A stretch of 64,000 bases of DNA, from positions 123,048-187,047 of the forward strand of contig CAWEYP010000006.1 in NCBI GenBank assembly GCA_963813305.1, given 5' to 3'. The notes below the pieces were generated by a model. The model had not been told where the DNA came from, made no database searches, and saw only the letters and a list, made by a program, of their open reading frames with translations. This document shows positions 10,497 through 21,884 of this stretch, piece after piece. Position 1 is the stretch's first letter; each line of letters opens with the position of its first letter. The DNA comes from an uncultured Chloroflexia bacterium. Its GTDB lineage: Bacteria; Chloroflexota; Limnocylindria; Limnocylindrales; CSP1-4. Both the position numbers and the translations under genes were made by a program.

Positions 10497-12655
10497 TCAG
10501 CGCTCAAGACGTCGGAGCAGGTCCCCGCCGTAGCGCTCGAGCAGGCTTCGAGCCGCGGCCGGCGCATGGCGCAGGTCGGCGGTCGACGCTGACCGCCGAG
10601 CCTGGGCGGCGACCACGACCGGCTTCGACGGCGTGTAGAGCCACGTGTCGAAGAAGTCGCCGAGGTCCTTGCCGGAGATCCGTTCGGCGAGCGCGATGAA
10701 CTGGTCCGTCGTCACGTTCCCGCCGGCCTGCGTCCGGGCCCATCTCCGGAGGATCGTGAAGAAGGCGTCGTCGCCGACCTCCCCGCGGAGCGCCTGCAGC
10801 GTCATCGCCCCCCGGACGTAGACCGCGAAGTCGAACTCCATGCCCGGGCCCGGGTCGCCGATCGCCAGGCTCCAGAAGGAGTCGTCGTCGGGGATGACCG
10901 CGTTCCAGAAGTCGAAGATCTCCTGGGGGGTTCCCTGCCCCTCGTGCTCGCTCCAGAGCCACTCGGCGTAGGTCGCGAAGCCCTCGTTGAGCCAGATGTC
11001 CTGCCATCGCTGGACCGTCAGGCTGTCGCCGTACCACTGGTGCGCGTTCTCGTGGACGACGACCGAATCGCCGGACCCCGGCTGCTCGAAGAAGTCCCTC
11101 GAGTAGATCGGCCGGGTCTGTGTCTCGAGCGCGAAGCCCAGCCCCTGGACGCCGTCGACGATGCCGCCGCCAACATTCCACGGGTACCGGCCGAACTGCG
11201 TCGCCAGGAAGGCGAGCATCTCCGGTTGGCGCGCGAACGAGGCCCTGGCGTTCGCCCCGATGGTGGGCGGGCCGATCGCCGCCGTCCCGACGGTCCAGTC
11301 GTTGGCGTTGCCCGGCGACCCCGCCGGCGGCCCGGTGACGCTCCAGCCGTTCATCGGGTCGGCGCCCGGCTCGAAGGAGGTGCTCCCCTCGCCGGTCGAC
11401 ACCACGATGTCGTCCACGAAGACCCCCGGCAGCTGGACCACCTCGTCGCTCGCGTACGAGATGGAGACCTCGACATTCTTGTCCGCGTAGGCCGCCAGGT
11501 CCACCGACCAGTGCTCCCAGCCGTCGCCGATGCCGGTCGCCGCGGACCAGGTGCCTCCGGCCGGCCCGGACGGGCTGCAGGTGCCGTCGCCGTTGTCGGT
11601 CTGGTAGGCGGCCAGGAAGGGGTGGATCGCCTGCCAGCCACCGAACGGGCACGAGAGCCCGGTGTCGTCGCTCGTGTGGCCGTTCTGGTCGGGCAGGGTC
11701 GTCCAGTCGTCGGCGCCCGCGGTGTGCGCCTCGACGAAGAAGAAGTCCCAGCCCGGTTCCGTGTAGCGGTTGACCCAGAACGAGAGAGTGGCCCCGGACG
11801 CCGGCACCGAGATCGTGCGGGCCAGCCGCTTGAACGACAGGTCGGCCTCGCGCGAGTAGACGAACTGGCTGCCGGTTCGCGGCGTCGCCCACGGCACGTC
11901 GAGGACCGGGTCGATCGCATCCCAGTACCGGATCCCCGCCGCGCGGTAGGCGTGGATGTCGAACTGGCCCACGTTCATCGTCGCGAGGTAGGTCGCCATC
12001 GGGTCCCGGGCGTCCCAGGTCCACGTCGTCCAGCCGCCGCGCGTGCTCTTGCCCTCGAGGATGCCGTTGGCCACGACCTCGAGGCCCGCCGGCACCGCGA
12101 TCTCGAACGTGAACGACGCCTTGTCGGCGGGATGGTCGTTGGCCGGGAACCAGCTCGCGGCGCCGTGCGGCTCACCCGCGACGATCGCGCCGTCGTCGGT
12201 GGCGATGAACCCGGACTGACCGCCGAATACCTCGAAGGTGGCCTCGGGCACGCCGTCGTAGCGCACCTCGACGACGAACTGACTGCCCTTGGCAGGCCGC
12301 GCCGCGGGGTGATCACGAGCTCCTGGCCGGAGCGGCTCCAGGCCGCGGCGCGGCCGTCGACCTTCACGGCGCGGACCTGCAGGCCGACGAGGTCGAGGTC
12401 GAAGGCGGACAGGTTCTGGGTGGCCCGTGCCGTGATTGTGGCGATGCCGCCGAGGACGTCGGTGGCCGGGTCGTAGCGCAGGTCGAGGTCGTAGTGCCGG
12501 ACGTCGTAGCCCCCGTTCCCGTCCAGGGGGTAGTAGGGATCGCCGACACCCGACGAGCCGGGCGAGTAGGGAGGGCCCGCCGCCGCGGCCGCGGCGGGCA
12601 GCAGCGCTGCCACGAGCAGGAACGAGACGATCAGCGCGATCCGGCGTCGCATCAC
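10497..12655 (-). CDS. M1-family zinc aminopeptidase (PepN-like) with signal peptide. A frameshift lies near 12307 (one C missing from a C-run)
   Basis: HEXXH-E motif (VVVHENAHQWYGDSLT ... WLNEGFATYAEW). The N-terminal signal peptide (MRRRIALIVSFLLVAALLPAAAAAA) sits in ORF 11975..12772. The two ORFs join as ...ELVITP|AARPAKGSQFVVEVRYDGVP. Confidence 0.8.
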
Positions 12656-12937
12656 GAGCCCCCCTCCCGTCGACCGGGCAGCCGACGTTTCGCGGACGAT
12701 AGCACCCGGCCGCCCCTCGTCAACCTCGCCCGAGCGGCATCGCGGGTCATCTTCGCGACATCGGGACGCCAACTTGACGCTCGATCATCCAGTGCCTCCA
12801 CTCGAAGGATGGCTGGGCCAGGCCCGGGCCGGGCGGCCCTTTCCAACCGGGCGCGGCGCCTATAGCGTTGGCGGGAGCGAACGCCCGCAGGCAGGGACCC
12901 CGCGCGCGGCGCGAAGCCGAGGAGGCCCGGACGCACG

Positions 12938-13784
12938 ATGCGCACGATTCTCGAGGTGGGGTTCGCTCGTCGTGGCACTCGCCCTGGCGGCCGGTCTCGG
13001 CGCCGCGCTGGTCGGGTCGCGCAGGTTCGCCCGCCTCGTCCGGACGGACGTGGAGGCACTGCTCGCGAAGGCGGCGACGCCGCCACCGCGCCTCGTCAGC
13101 GAGGGCATGCTCCGGAGCCTGCCCGAGCCGGTGCGTCGCTATCTCGCGTACAGCGGCATCGTCGGCCGTCCGTTCGTCGGGACCGTTCGCCTGGCGCAGG
13201 TGGGCCGCATGCAGCCGAGCCCCGGCCAGCCGTGGTTCCCGCTGCGCGCGGAGGAGCACTACTCGGTGCGACCGCCCGGGTTCGTCTGGGACGCCGCGCT
13301 CCGGCTGGGCCCGGTACCGCTCGTGCGGGCCCGGGACATGTACCGCGAGGGCGCGGGGAACATGCTCATCTCGGCGGCCGGGCTCTACTCCATCGCCGAC
13401 GTGGCGGGTCCGGAGATGGACCAGGGCGCGCTGACGCGCTACCTCAGCGAGATGGTCTGGTTCCCGACCGCCTTCCTGGGCAACAACGTCTCGTTCGAAG
13501 CCGTGGACGACCGGTCGGCCCGGGTGACGCTCACGGACCGGGGCCGGAGCGCCAGCGCGACGATGTCCTTCGACGATGACGGCAGGCTCGTCGATCTCGT
13601 GGCAGAGCGCTACCGGATCGTCGACGGCGAGCACGTCCTCGACCGGTGGTCCACTCCGGTGGACGAGTACGGTGAGCTTGCCGGCCTGCGGCTCCCGGTT
13701 CGCGGCCGGGCCGTCTGGAAGCTGGCCGACGGTGATCTCGAGTACATCGACGTCACCGTCACGGAGCTGGAGTACAACGTCTGA
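12938..13784 (+). CDS. Hypothetical membrane-anchored protein (DUF-like). A frameshift at the G-run near 12960 separates the ATG and TM helix from the main ORF
   Basis: MRTILEVG (ATG 12938) joins SLVVALALAAGLGAALVGSRRF... of ORF 12774..13784 if one G of gtgggg is removed. A single N-terminal TM helix is predicted. Confidence 0.55.
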
Positions 13785-13799
13785 GACGGCCGATGGCCG

Positions 13800-14324
13800 T
13801 CAGGGATCGCTGACGCTGCGGGACTCCGTCGTCAGGTCGCCCACTTCATCCGCCGAGTCAAGGCTCCCCTGGATCCGGTGGAGCAGGGTGATGTACCCGC
13901 GCAGCTCCGGATCGGAGAGCCCGGCGAGCCAGGCCTTCTCGCGGCGATGGACGATCGTCCGAAGCTCCTGGAGCACGACCAGCCCGGCCGGCGTGATCCC
14001 GACGAGCAGGCTTCGGCGGTCGGCCGGGTTCGCCGAACGCCGGACGAAGCCGCGGCGCTCCAGCGAGTCGATGACGCCGGTCACGGTCGCGCGGGTGACG
14101 ATCAGCCGTTCGCTCAGCTCCGAGGGAGACAGTGGACCGCGGTCGCGGAGGATCCCCAGGACCAGGCCGCCGGCGGCGCTCACGTTGAGCGGACGAAGGA
14201 GCCGTCCGATTCGATCGAACAGCATGTCGGCCGTGCGGATGGTGTTCATCACCGCTTCGGTCGCCAGGACGCTCGCGTCCGGCGTCTGATCGTAGAAGTC
14301 GTCGGGCATGCGGATCGTGGCCAT
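13800..14324 (-). CDS. MarR-family transcriptional regulator
   Basis: Winged-helix MarR signature (LSPSELSERLIVTRATVTGVIDSLERRGFVRR..DRR). Divergent from a small gene, with a sigma70-like promoter between. Confidence 0.8.
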   Translation of the reverse strand: MATIRMPDDFYDQTPDASVLATEAVMNTIRTADMLFDRIGRLLRPLNVSAAGGLVLGILRDRGPLSPSELSERLIVTRATVTGVIDSLERRGFVRRSANPADRRSLLVGITPAGLVVLQELRTIVHRREKAWLAGLSDPELRGYITLLHRIQGSLDSADEVGDLTTESRSVSDP

Positions 14325-14344
14325 GCCGCACATGATACGGGGCT

Positions 14345-14371
14345 TGACAATACGGTGCCTAACCATATAGT
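14345..14371 (+). promoter_or_regulatory. Sigma70-like promoter candidate (TTGACA ... TATAGT) in the MarR divergent intergenic region
   Basis: cttgacaatacggtgcctaaccatatagtc. Similar TTGACAATAC-containing candidates occur at 20650-20678 and, on the reverse strand, at about 35200-35225. Confidence 0.3.
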
Positions 14372-14428
14372 CAGGGCCTGCTCGACCGGCCGAACGGCGC
14401 GGTCACGACGAAAGGGTGGGGTTCCCCG

Positions 14429-14713
14429 ATGGCGAAGGCAATCGTCCAGCACCACGTGGTCGACTACGACCGCTGGTTTCCCGTGTTCACGGAGCACCAG
14501 GCCGTCCGCCAGTCGCACGGCGCGACCGGTCACTCGGTCAACCGCGCGGTCGGCGATCCGAACACGATCGTGATCGTGACCGACTTCGCGACCCTCGAGG
14601 GTGCCCAGGCCTTCATGCAGGACCCGTCGCTCCGCGCGGCGATGGAGCGCGGCGGCGTCGACGGAGTGCCGCAGATCTGGCTCGTCGAAGAGGCCGACGC
14701 GAAGGCGTACTGA
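14429..14713 (+). CDS. Small conserved protein (94 aa; Dabb/DUF1330-like fold suspected)
   Basis: RBS gaaagggtgggg precedes the ATG. Divergently paired with MarR. Non-repetitive sequence. Confidence 0.6.
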   Translation: MAKAIVQHHVVDYDRWFPVFTEHQAVRQSHGATGHSVNRAVGDPNTIVIVTDFATLEGAQAFMQDPSLRAAMERGGVDGVPQIWLVEEADAKAY

Positions 14714-14874
14714 GAGTCAACGCGGGGCGGCTGCGCGGCTCCGCCTCGAGCTGGCTGCGCAGCACTCCGGACGGGTGGCCGTCCGCGGGTCCCATCGTCC
14801 GGCGGGTTGGGTCGGGGCGCCAATGCCGGTGGGCTGGCCGGCGACCCATCCTCGTCGGCGCCTCGGCCGCGACG

Positions 14875-15624
<750 letters not shown>

Positions 15625-15653
15625 CGGAGTGTCTCCTGTCTGTCGGATGCGGG

Positions 15654-16823
15654 TCATTCGTAGCGCAGCGCCGCGACCGGGTCGAGGCGTGCCGCGTTGA
15701 GGGCCGGGACGAAGCCGGCCAGGGCGCCGAGGATCGTGGAGAACGCGACCGCCGTCAGCGCCGTGCCGGTCGTGAGCTCGAACAGGATCGTGCCGGAGCT
15801 GCGCCCGCCTTCGTTCGCGGCAACCACCACGGCCGCACCGAGCGCGAGGCCGATCGCGCCGCCGATGAAGCCGATGAGGGCGGACTCGATCACGAACTCG
15901 CGGACGATCCGGGCCCGGCTGCCGCCGATGGCCCGCTTGATGCCGATCTCGCGGGTGCGCTCGGCGATCGACATGGCCATGGTGTTGACCACTGACAGGC
16001 CCCCGACCACGAGGCTGATGAGGGCGATCCCGACGAGGATCGAGTTGAGGATCGACACGCTGGAGCCGACCTCCCGGTCGAAGTCCTTGCCGGTCATCGT
16101 CGCGGCGTCGGGAAGGGCCTCCTGGATCTCGGCCGCCACGACTTCGGGGTCGGTCCCTTCCGTCGGGTAGACAGTCAGGCCGGTCGCGATCTCGGACGCG
16201 TTGAGGTTGGCCCCGACGATCGCCGGCAGCGTCATGAGGTACAGGCGCTGAGCCGCCGCCAGGGGGACGGACGCGGCGTTGTCCGGCGCCGTGAGGGTCG
16301 GCTCCAGGATGCCCACCACCCGGAACGTCTCGCCGCGCAGCGAGATGGTGTCGCCGACGTGCTTGCGGTACTGGCGCGCCAGGTCCGAGCCGAGGACGGT
16401 GACGTTCGTGCCCTCGTCCGCGACGGTGATGTGACGCCCGGACGCGAGGCTCACCTTGAAGGTCTCCCGCCCCTTGTCCCGGCCTTCGACGGCGGACGTG
16501 ATCATCGGCGGCATCGACATCGAGGCGGTGCTGACATCGTCGGACAGCAGCAGGACGACACCGGGCACCACCACGTCCACGCCGGCCAGGCGGCCGACCT
16601 GGTCGGCCGTGGAGATTGCCAGCGGGCCGCCGAGGCCCATCATCCCGCCCTTGGCGCTGACGGTCACCTTGCCCTGGTAGTACTCGCTGCCCCCGGCCAC
16701 CAGGGCGTTGATCTTGTTGGCCATCGAGCCGAAGACGACGAGTGCCCAGATCCCGATCGTGATGCCGAGGATCGTGAGGGCGGTGCGGACCTTGCGGCGG
16801 CCCAGGTTGCGCAGGAGCTTCAT
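15654..16823 (-). CDS. ABC transporter permease, FtsX/MacB family (N-terminal TM, periplasmic domain, 3 C-terminal TMs)
   Basis: MKLLRNLGRRKVRTALTILGITIGIWALVVF...IKRAIGGSRARIVREFVIESALIGFIGG. RBS gggagga precedes ATG 16823. Its start overlaps the stop of the upstream small ORF (ATGA). Confidence 0.85.
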   Translation of the reverse strand: MKLLRNLGRRKVRTALTILGITIGIWALVVFGSMANKINALVAGGSEYYQGKVTVSAKGGMMGLGGPLAISTADQVGRLAGVDVVVPGVVLLLSDDVSTASMSMPPMITSAVEGRDKGRETFKVSLASGRHITVADEGTNVTVLGSDLARQYRKHVGDTISLRGETFRVVGILEPTLTAPDNAASVPLAAAQRLYLMTLPAIVGANLNASEIATGLTVYPTEGTDPEVVAAEIQEALPDAATMTGKDFDREVGSSVSILNSILVGIALISLVVGGLSVVNTMAMSIAERTREIGIKRAIGGSRARIVREFVIESALIGFIGGAIGLALGAAVVVAANEGGRSSGTILFELTTGTALTAVAFSTILGALAGFVPALNAARLDPVAALRYE

Positions 16824-17035
16824 CAGTCGGTTCCTCCCATCGTGCCGGCGCCGGCCAGTCGCACGACGATGTCCGGTCCATTGGTCGGCCTCCGAGGCGA
16901 GACCCGCGCTGCGCGAGCCGCGCAAGCCAGTCGCTCGTCCCGGGCCTCGGCGCGCAGGCTCTCGAGCCGATCGCGCGCGATCTGATCCCATGCGGCCAGC
17001 CCGGCCGTCATCGTTGTGCTCATCTCGTTCCTCAA
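16823..17035 (-). CDS. Small hypothetical protein (70 aa, helical), translationally coupled (ATGA) on both sides
   Basis: Open frame with GC3-biased codons. Its stop overlaps the permease start, and its start overlaps the stop of the upstream small ORF. Confidence 0.45.
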   Translation of the reverse strand: MRNEMSTTMTAGLAAWDQIARDRLESLRAEARDERLACAARAARVSPRRPTNGPDIVVRLAGAGTMGGTD

Positions 17036-17274
17036 CTCACGTCCGTTGCCGTGTCGTCGCGATCCGCGTCATCCGGGGAGATGCGCCGGACCTCGACGAG
17101 CTCGAGGCCGGTGTCCCGGAGCCGGGCGAGCAGGCCGTAGGTGGCGGCCTGGTCGATCGCGGTGACCACCAGGATCGAATCGCCGTCCGGCAACCAGCGG
17201 CAGGCGTCGGCGCCGAGGGCGTGCGCCCGTCGTGCATCGAGCTGTCCGACGACCCGGATCTCGTAGCGGTTCAT
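17032..17274 (-). CDS. Small hypothetical protein (80 aa; MNRYEIRVVGQLD...), first gene after the LAL regulator
   Basis: Compact alpha/beta-like sequence. The ATG is at 17274. The frame continues upstream only as GC-rich junk (ORF 17032..18021). Confidence 0.5.
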   Translation of the reverse strand: MNRYEIRVVGQLDARRAHALGADACRWLPDGDSILVVTAIDQAATYGLLARLRDTGLELVEVRRISPDDADRDDTATDVS

Positions 17275-17411
17275 GCCGTGATCCTGGCCGAGCCGGCGCC
17301 TGGCAACGCCCACACAAAGGATGGTTTGGGGGGATGGTTTCGCGGTGCCGCGGAACGGCGGACGCTGGGTGTCGCCCTGGCCGTGAGGCGGGTCAGCCGG
17401 TGAGCCGCCAG

Positions 17412-20062
17412 CTACACCAGGCCGAGCTGCTGGGCGCGCAGGAGCGCCTGGGTCCGGCTGCTGGCCCCGAGCTTCGCCCGGATGTGCGCGGCATGCCACT
17501 TGGCGGTCGCGAGCGATACGACAAGCTCGTTTGCGATCGCAGCGTCGCCGGAGCCCTTCGCCATCAGGCGGAGGACTTCCAGCTCGCGCACGGTCAGCGC
17601 CTCGAGGGGCTGCCCAGACTCGTCCTGCCAGAGCGACGGACCGGCGCGGCGCCCAGTCACCGCCGCCGGTGCGGCTACCGCGGCGAGCGCGGCGGTGACC
17701 TCGTCGACGAACGCCGGCGCAGCCCTTCGCACGGCCGGCAGGAGGTGGCCGACGGGACGCCCGTCGTCGACCACGCGTCGCACGTATCCCTCGGGTGCGG
17801 CCAGCCGGATCACGGCCTCGAGCGCGCGCTGCGCGGCCGCCCGGGTGCCCGATGCCTCCGAGACTGCGGCGTCGAGGACGCCGATGGAGACGATGTCGGC
17901 GGTGTCGTGGGCGGCCGTGGCCGTGGCTCGCGCGACATCGAGGAATCTCCGGGCTTCGGCCGGCAGGCCCTGGGCGAGCCGAACCCGCGCCAGCGTGAGG
18001 TCGCGGGCGAGCCCGGCCCAACCAGGACGGCCCGGCCGGGTCGCTGCGTCGTGGGCAGCCTTGTCGGCCCAGCGGGCGGCAGCCGTGACGTCCCCTTGCA
18101 GCAAGTGCAGCCGCGCCTCGATCTCGGCAAGCCCGCCCTCGATCCCCTCCAGCCCCGCCGCGCGCGCGTCACGGCGCACGGTGCCGACGGCATCGAGCGC
18201 GCTCTCCGGCGACCCGGTCGCCTGGCGGGCGAGGGCGAGGTAGGAGACGGCCGTCGTCAACAACGCCCGACCGAACCCGAAGGTGCCGGCGGCCGCCCAG
18301 GCTCGCTCGAGCGCGTCGATGGCCTCGGCGAGGTCGTTCGCCTCGTACCGCACGATGCCGAGCCAGTAGAGTGCGTACGGCGTTCCTCCCGCCATGTGGC
18401 TCAGCTCGGCGCGATGGTCCGCCAGGGTCTGCCGGCAGAGCGCCTCGGCGTCCCGGAGGTGGCCGGTCAGGTTGAGGACGGTGACGAGCGCGGTCGTCGC
18501 CGGGACGACGAGCGTCGACCGCGTCGAGCCTGCGTCGAGGTCCAGCGCACTCCGCGCGGTCTCGCCGGCCGAGCGCAGCTCGAGGTCGTTCAGCTGAGCC
18601 GTGGCGAGCGCCTGGAGCGCGCGAGCGCGGAGGAACCGGTCGCCGCCGATGGCCTCGACGGCGGCCCGTCCCAAGGTCGTGGCATCGGGTCGGTTCGAGA
18701 ACGCGGCGATGAGCGCGCACGCCGTGAGCAGCGGCCCCGGCGCGGTGCCATCGGGGCAGGCAGCCTCACCCTCGTCGCAGGTTCGCGCCGCGTCCTCGAC
18801 GCGGCCGACGAAGAAGCAGGCAACTGCCCGCAGGTAGACAAGCTCCGCGCTCGCGGCAACCCGGTCGCGCGGCAGGGCGTCGAGCCAGCCGAGAAGGGTC
18901 GTGAGCTCGCCCGACTCGTACGTCCGGCGCGCCTGGCGCTCCAGCAGGCGGATCGCCCGCTCGGTCGATCCGGCCGCGACCGCCTGGACGATGGCTTCCT
19001 CGAGCAGATCGGCAGCCTCGAGGTAGTCGGCCGCACGCTCACGGAGCGCGACCTGCTCGGCGGGGTCGAGAAGCGTCCGGAGGTAGTCGGCGAACAGGTG
19101 ATGGAAGCGGTACCAGCGCCGCTCGAGGTCGAGGGGGATCAGGAACAGGTTCATGCGCTCGGCGCGCTCGAGCAGGGCGGCGCTGTCCTCGCGCCCGGTC
19201 AGCTCCCGGCAGAGCCCGGCTGTGAACCGCTCGGCGACCGAGCTCCGGACCAGGAAGGTCCGAAGCTCGGGCTCGAGCCGTCCGAGGACTTCGGCTGCCA
19301 GGTAGTCGAGGACGAACCGTTGGCTGCCGCTGAACGCCTCGACGAGCGACGCGGCGGTGGGCTGGTCTCGCAGCGAGATCGCGGCGAGCTGGAGGCCCGC
19401 GATCCAGCCCTCGGTGCGCTCGACGAGCCGGCCGATGTGCTCGTCGTCGAGCGCGAGCCCCGGCGCCTCGCCCAGATAGGCCGCAGCCTCGTCCGCGGTG
19501 TACCGCAGCTCGTCGGCTCGCAGCTCGACGAGGCGGCGGTGGGCACGCAGGCGGGGAAGCGCAAACGGCGGGTCCTCGCGGGTGATGACGACGAGGTGGG
19601 CGAACGGAGGTCCCTGCTCGATGAGGACGCGCAGGAGGGCATGCACCGGTTCCGCGGTGATGACGTGGTAGTCGTCGAGGACGAGCACGAACGGGTCGTC
19701 GGTGGCCCCGATCGCGTCGATCACGATCGCGGCTGCCTCGGGGCCGGAGGCGCCCTCGAGGAGCGGGTTGGCCACGCCGGCGATTCCCGGTCGCAGCGGC
19801 TCCAGGGCGGCGACGAGGTACCTCAGGAAGCGCACCGGGTCGTTGTCTGCAGCGTCCAGCGAGAGCCAGGAGCTCGGGACGTCACGGGATGCGAGCCAGC
19901 CCGCCACGGCCACGCTCTTGCCGTAGCCGGGGGGCGCGGAGAGCAGGGTCAGGTGGGTGGCGTCGTCGAGGGCGCGGTCCAGGTGCGCGCTGAGGCGAGG
20001 ACGGTCACCGTAGACGCGCCACGCGGGGAGCGTGGAGCTTGGTGGAGATGAGCGGGGTCACG
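17412..20062 (-). CDS. LuxR-family transcriptional regulator of the large ATP-binding LAL/MalT type, frameshifted near 20020
   Basis: C-terminal LuxR HTH (LTVRELEVLRLMAKGSGDAAIANELVVSLATAKWHAAHIRAKLG). The N-terminus is STKLHAPR ... RPRLSAHLD ... LLSAPPGYGKSV (P-loop). The first approximately 12 codons from the GTG at 20062 lie in an adjacent frame. Confidence 0.75.
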
Positions 20063-20235
20063 CGCGGACGGACAGCGCCCGACGCGGTTCCATCGAGGAC
20101 TGGCTCCGAAACGCTCACCCGACGTTCGATCTCCGTTCGGTGCTCATCAGCCACGGTGGCCGTCCGTTGTCGGTGAGACTAGTGCCAACGCGGCTCCTCG
20201 TCAGGCCCGAGAGCACGAGCGGCGAAGTCACCCGA

Positions 20236-20640
20236 TCATCGTGCGGCTCGCCCGCTCGGACCTGGGCGTGCCGCTCGCCGCCGGGCGCGGTACCAGGCGA
20301 GGTACTCGAGCAGCTCCTCCCGTTCGTCGTCGGTGAGATCGGCAAAGAGCGCCGCCCCAACCGTCACGGTGGGGCTCTCGGCGGACTCGCCGGGAACGCG
20401 GTAGCCGCTGAGGCGCATGAGCTCTGCGTAGGGCACCGCGAGCACTTCGCTCAGCCGGTGGAGGACCGGGGGCGAAGGCTTCTTGACCGCGTCACTTTCG
20501 AGCTTGCTGAGGTAGGCCGGCGAGATGCTCGCCGCACGCGCCGCGACCGCGCCCGACAGCCCGCGGATCTCGCGTGCCCGCCGCAGGATGGCTCCGATCG
20601 TTGGCGCCACGGCCGCTCCATCTCCTACAGTAGATGACAA
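20236..20640 (-). CDS. XRE-family helix-turn-helix transcriptional regulator
   Basis: HTH_3 signature (LRRAREIRGLSGAVAARAASISPAYLSKLESDAVKKPS). Confidence 0.7.
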   Translation of the reverse strand: MSSTVGDGAAVAPTIGAILRRAREIRGLSGAVAARAASISPAYLSKLESDAVKKPSPPVLHRLSEVLAVPYAELMRLSGYRVPGESAESPTVTVGAALFADLTDDEREELLEYLAWYRARRRAARPGPSGRAAR

Positions 20641-20765
20641 TCACCACAGTTGACAATACCACGCCTGTATGGTGTACTGCAACCACCAGCAGTGGCCGGA
20701 GCGTCGCCCGGCGGTGGTCATTGAGCCCCGCTTCCCCGGATGCCTGAAGGCACACTGAGGAAGCC

Positions 20766-20825
20766 ATGGCCATCGACCAGGTCGACCGGACGGTCGTCAC
20801 CCCCGGCCTGACCCACCACGCGTAA
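20766..20825 (+). CDS. Candidate 19-aa small ORF (MAIDQVDRTVVTPGLTHHA) with a strong RBS, upstream of glsB-like gene
   Basis: gaggaag sits 6 nt before the ATG. Divergent from the XRE regulator. Could equally be non-coding leader sequence. Confidence 0.2.
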   Translation: MAIDQVDRTVVTPGLTHHA

Positions 20826-20913
20826 CCGCGTCGCGGTCCCCCGGCGGGCGGGGCGTCGCCCACAGACAGCGCACGCTGGAGCGGCGGCGCACCACAACAA
20901 GGAACGGGATTCA

Positions 20914-21180
20914 ATGGGCTTCCTCGCATGGATCGTCGTCGGCGCCATCGCCGGCTTCCTCGCCAACCTGGTCATGGGCTCAAAACAGGGCCTGCTGATG
21001 ATGGTCGTCCTCGGCGTCGTCGGCGGGCTCGTCGGCGGGTTCGTGGCGACGAGCGTTCTCCACATGGGCTCCGTCAACGGGATCAACGTCGAGAGCATCC
21101 TGATCGCCACCCTCGGCGCGATCGGGGTCGCCTTCGTGGCCGGCTTCGTGACCCGTCCGCGGGGACTCTTCCACCGCTGA
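20914..21180 (+). CDS. GlsB/YeaQ/YmgE-family stress-response membrane protein (transglycosylase-associated protein)
   Basis: Three glycine-zipper TM segments (GAIAGFLANLVMG...VVGGLVGGFV...LGAIGVAFVAGFV). RBS aaggaacggg. Confidence 0.85.
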   Translation: MGFLAWIVVGAIAGFLANLVMGSKQGLLMMVVLGVVGGLVGGFVATSVLHMGSVNGINVESILIATLGAIGVAFVAGFVTRPRGLFHR

Positions 21181-21245
21181 GAGCGAGATCACGCCCGTTG
21201 CGGGCGCCCCCACTGCCACGCCAACCACCCTGAAAGAGGCCAGAA

Positions 21246-21854
21246 GTGACGAACGCAGACATCGAGCAGCGATCCGAGGACATGCCGTCCTCCGATCTCG
21301 AGATCCCGACACGGAGGGTCCGCATCGTGCAGGGCGCCAAGGATGCTGTTGGGCTCGCCCGCACGAGCGTGGGCACGGTCATCGAGAGAGTCCCCGGGAC
21401 GGCGCGCGCCACGCGGGCGGGTGCGCGCCGGACGACGAGCGCACTGCAGCGACTGCCCGACTCGACGCTTCGCTGGCTCACGGCCAGCTCGGTCGGCCTC
21501 GCGGCAGGGCTCAAGCTGGCGGGTGCACCGCGGCTGGTGACGGCGGCGGGTGCCGCCCCGGCGGTGCTCATGGGCGCGGCCATTGCGCTGCGCCGGACCG
21601 AGCCGGCCGTTCCGATCGAGGAACATGTCGACGAGTTGGCGGAAGGAGTGACCGACATGACCGATGAGCACACCAGGGGCACGATCAGCAAGACCACGGG
21701 GACCATCGAGGAGGGGCTCGGGAGGCTGACCGGCGACAGGGAGCAGCAGGCCCACGGCAAGGCCAAGCAGGTCCAGGGTGACGCCCAGAACGTCCTGGGC
21801 GATGTCCAGGACGCGATCCGGGAGCCGAAGGACCAGGCGAAGGACGGCGCCTGA
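21246..21854 (+). CDS. CsbD-domain general stress protein with extended N-terminal region
   Basis: C-terminal CsbD motif (EQQAHGKAKQVQGDAQNVLGDVQDAI). Confidence 0.7.
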   Translation: MTNADIEQRSEDMPSSDLEIPTRRVRIVQGAKDAVGLARTSVGTVIERVPGTARATRAGARRTTSALQRLPDSTLRWLTASSVGLAAGLKLAGAPRLVTAAGAAPAVLMGAAIALRRTEPAVPIEEHVDELAEGVTDMTDEHTRGTISKTTGTIEEGLGRLTGDREQQAHGKAKQVQGDAQNVLGDVQDAIREPKDQAKDGA

Positions 21855-21884
21855 TCCCGGGTCCGCCCCCGGCCGAGATGAGGT

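Noticed and set aside
17232-20051. 939-aa plus-strand ORF
   Set aside because: Antisense to the LAL regulator gene. Low-complexity translation.
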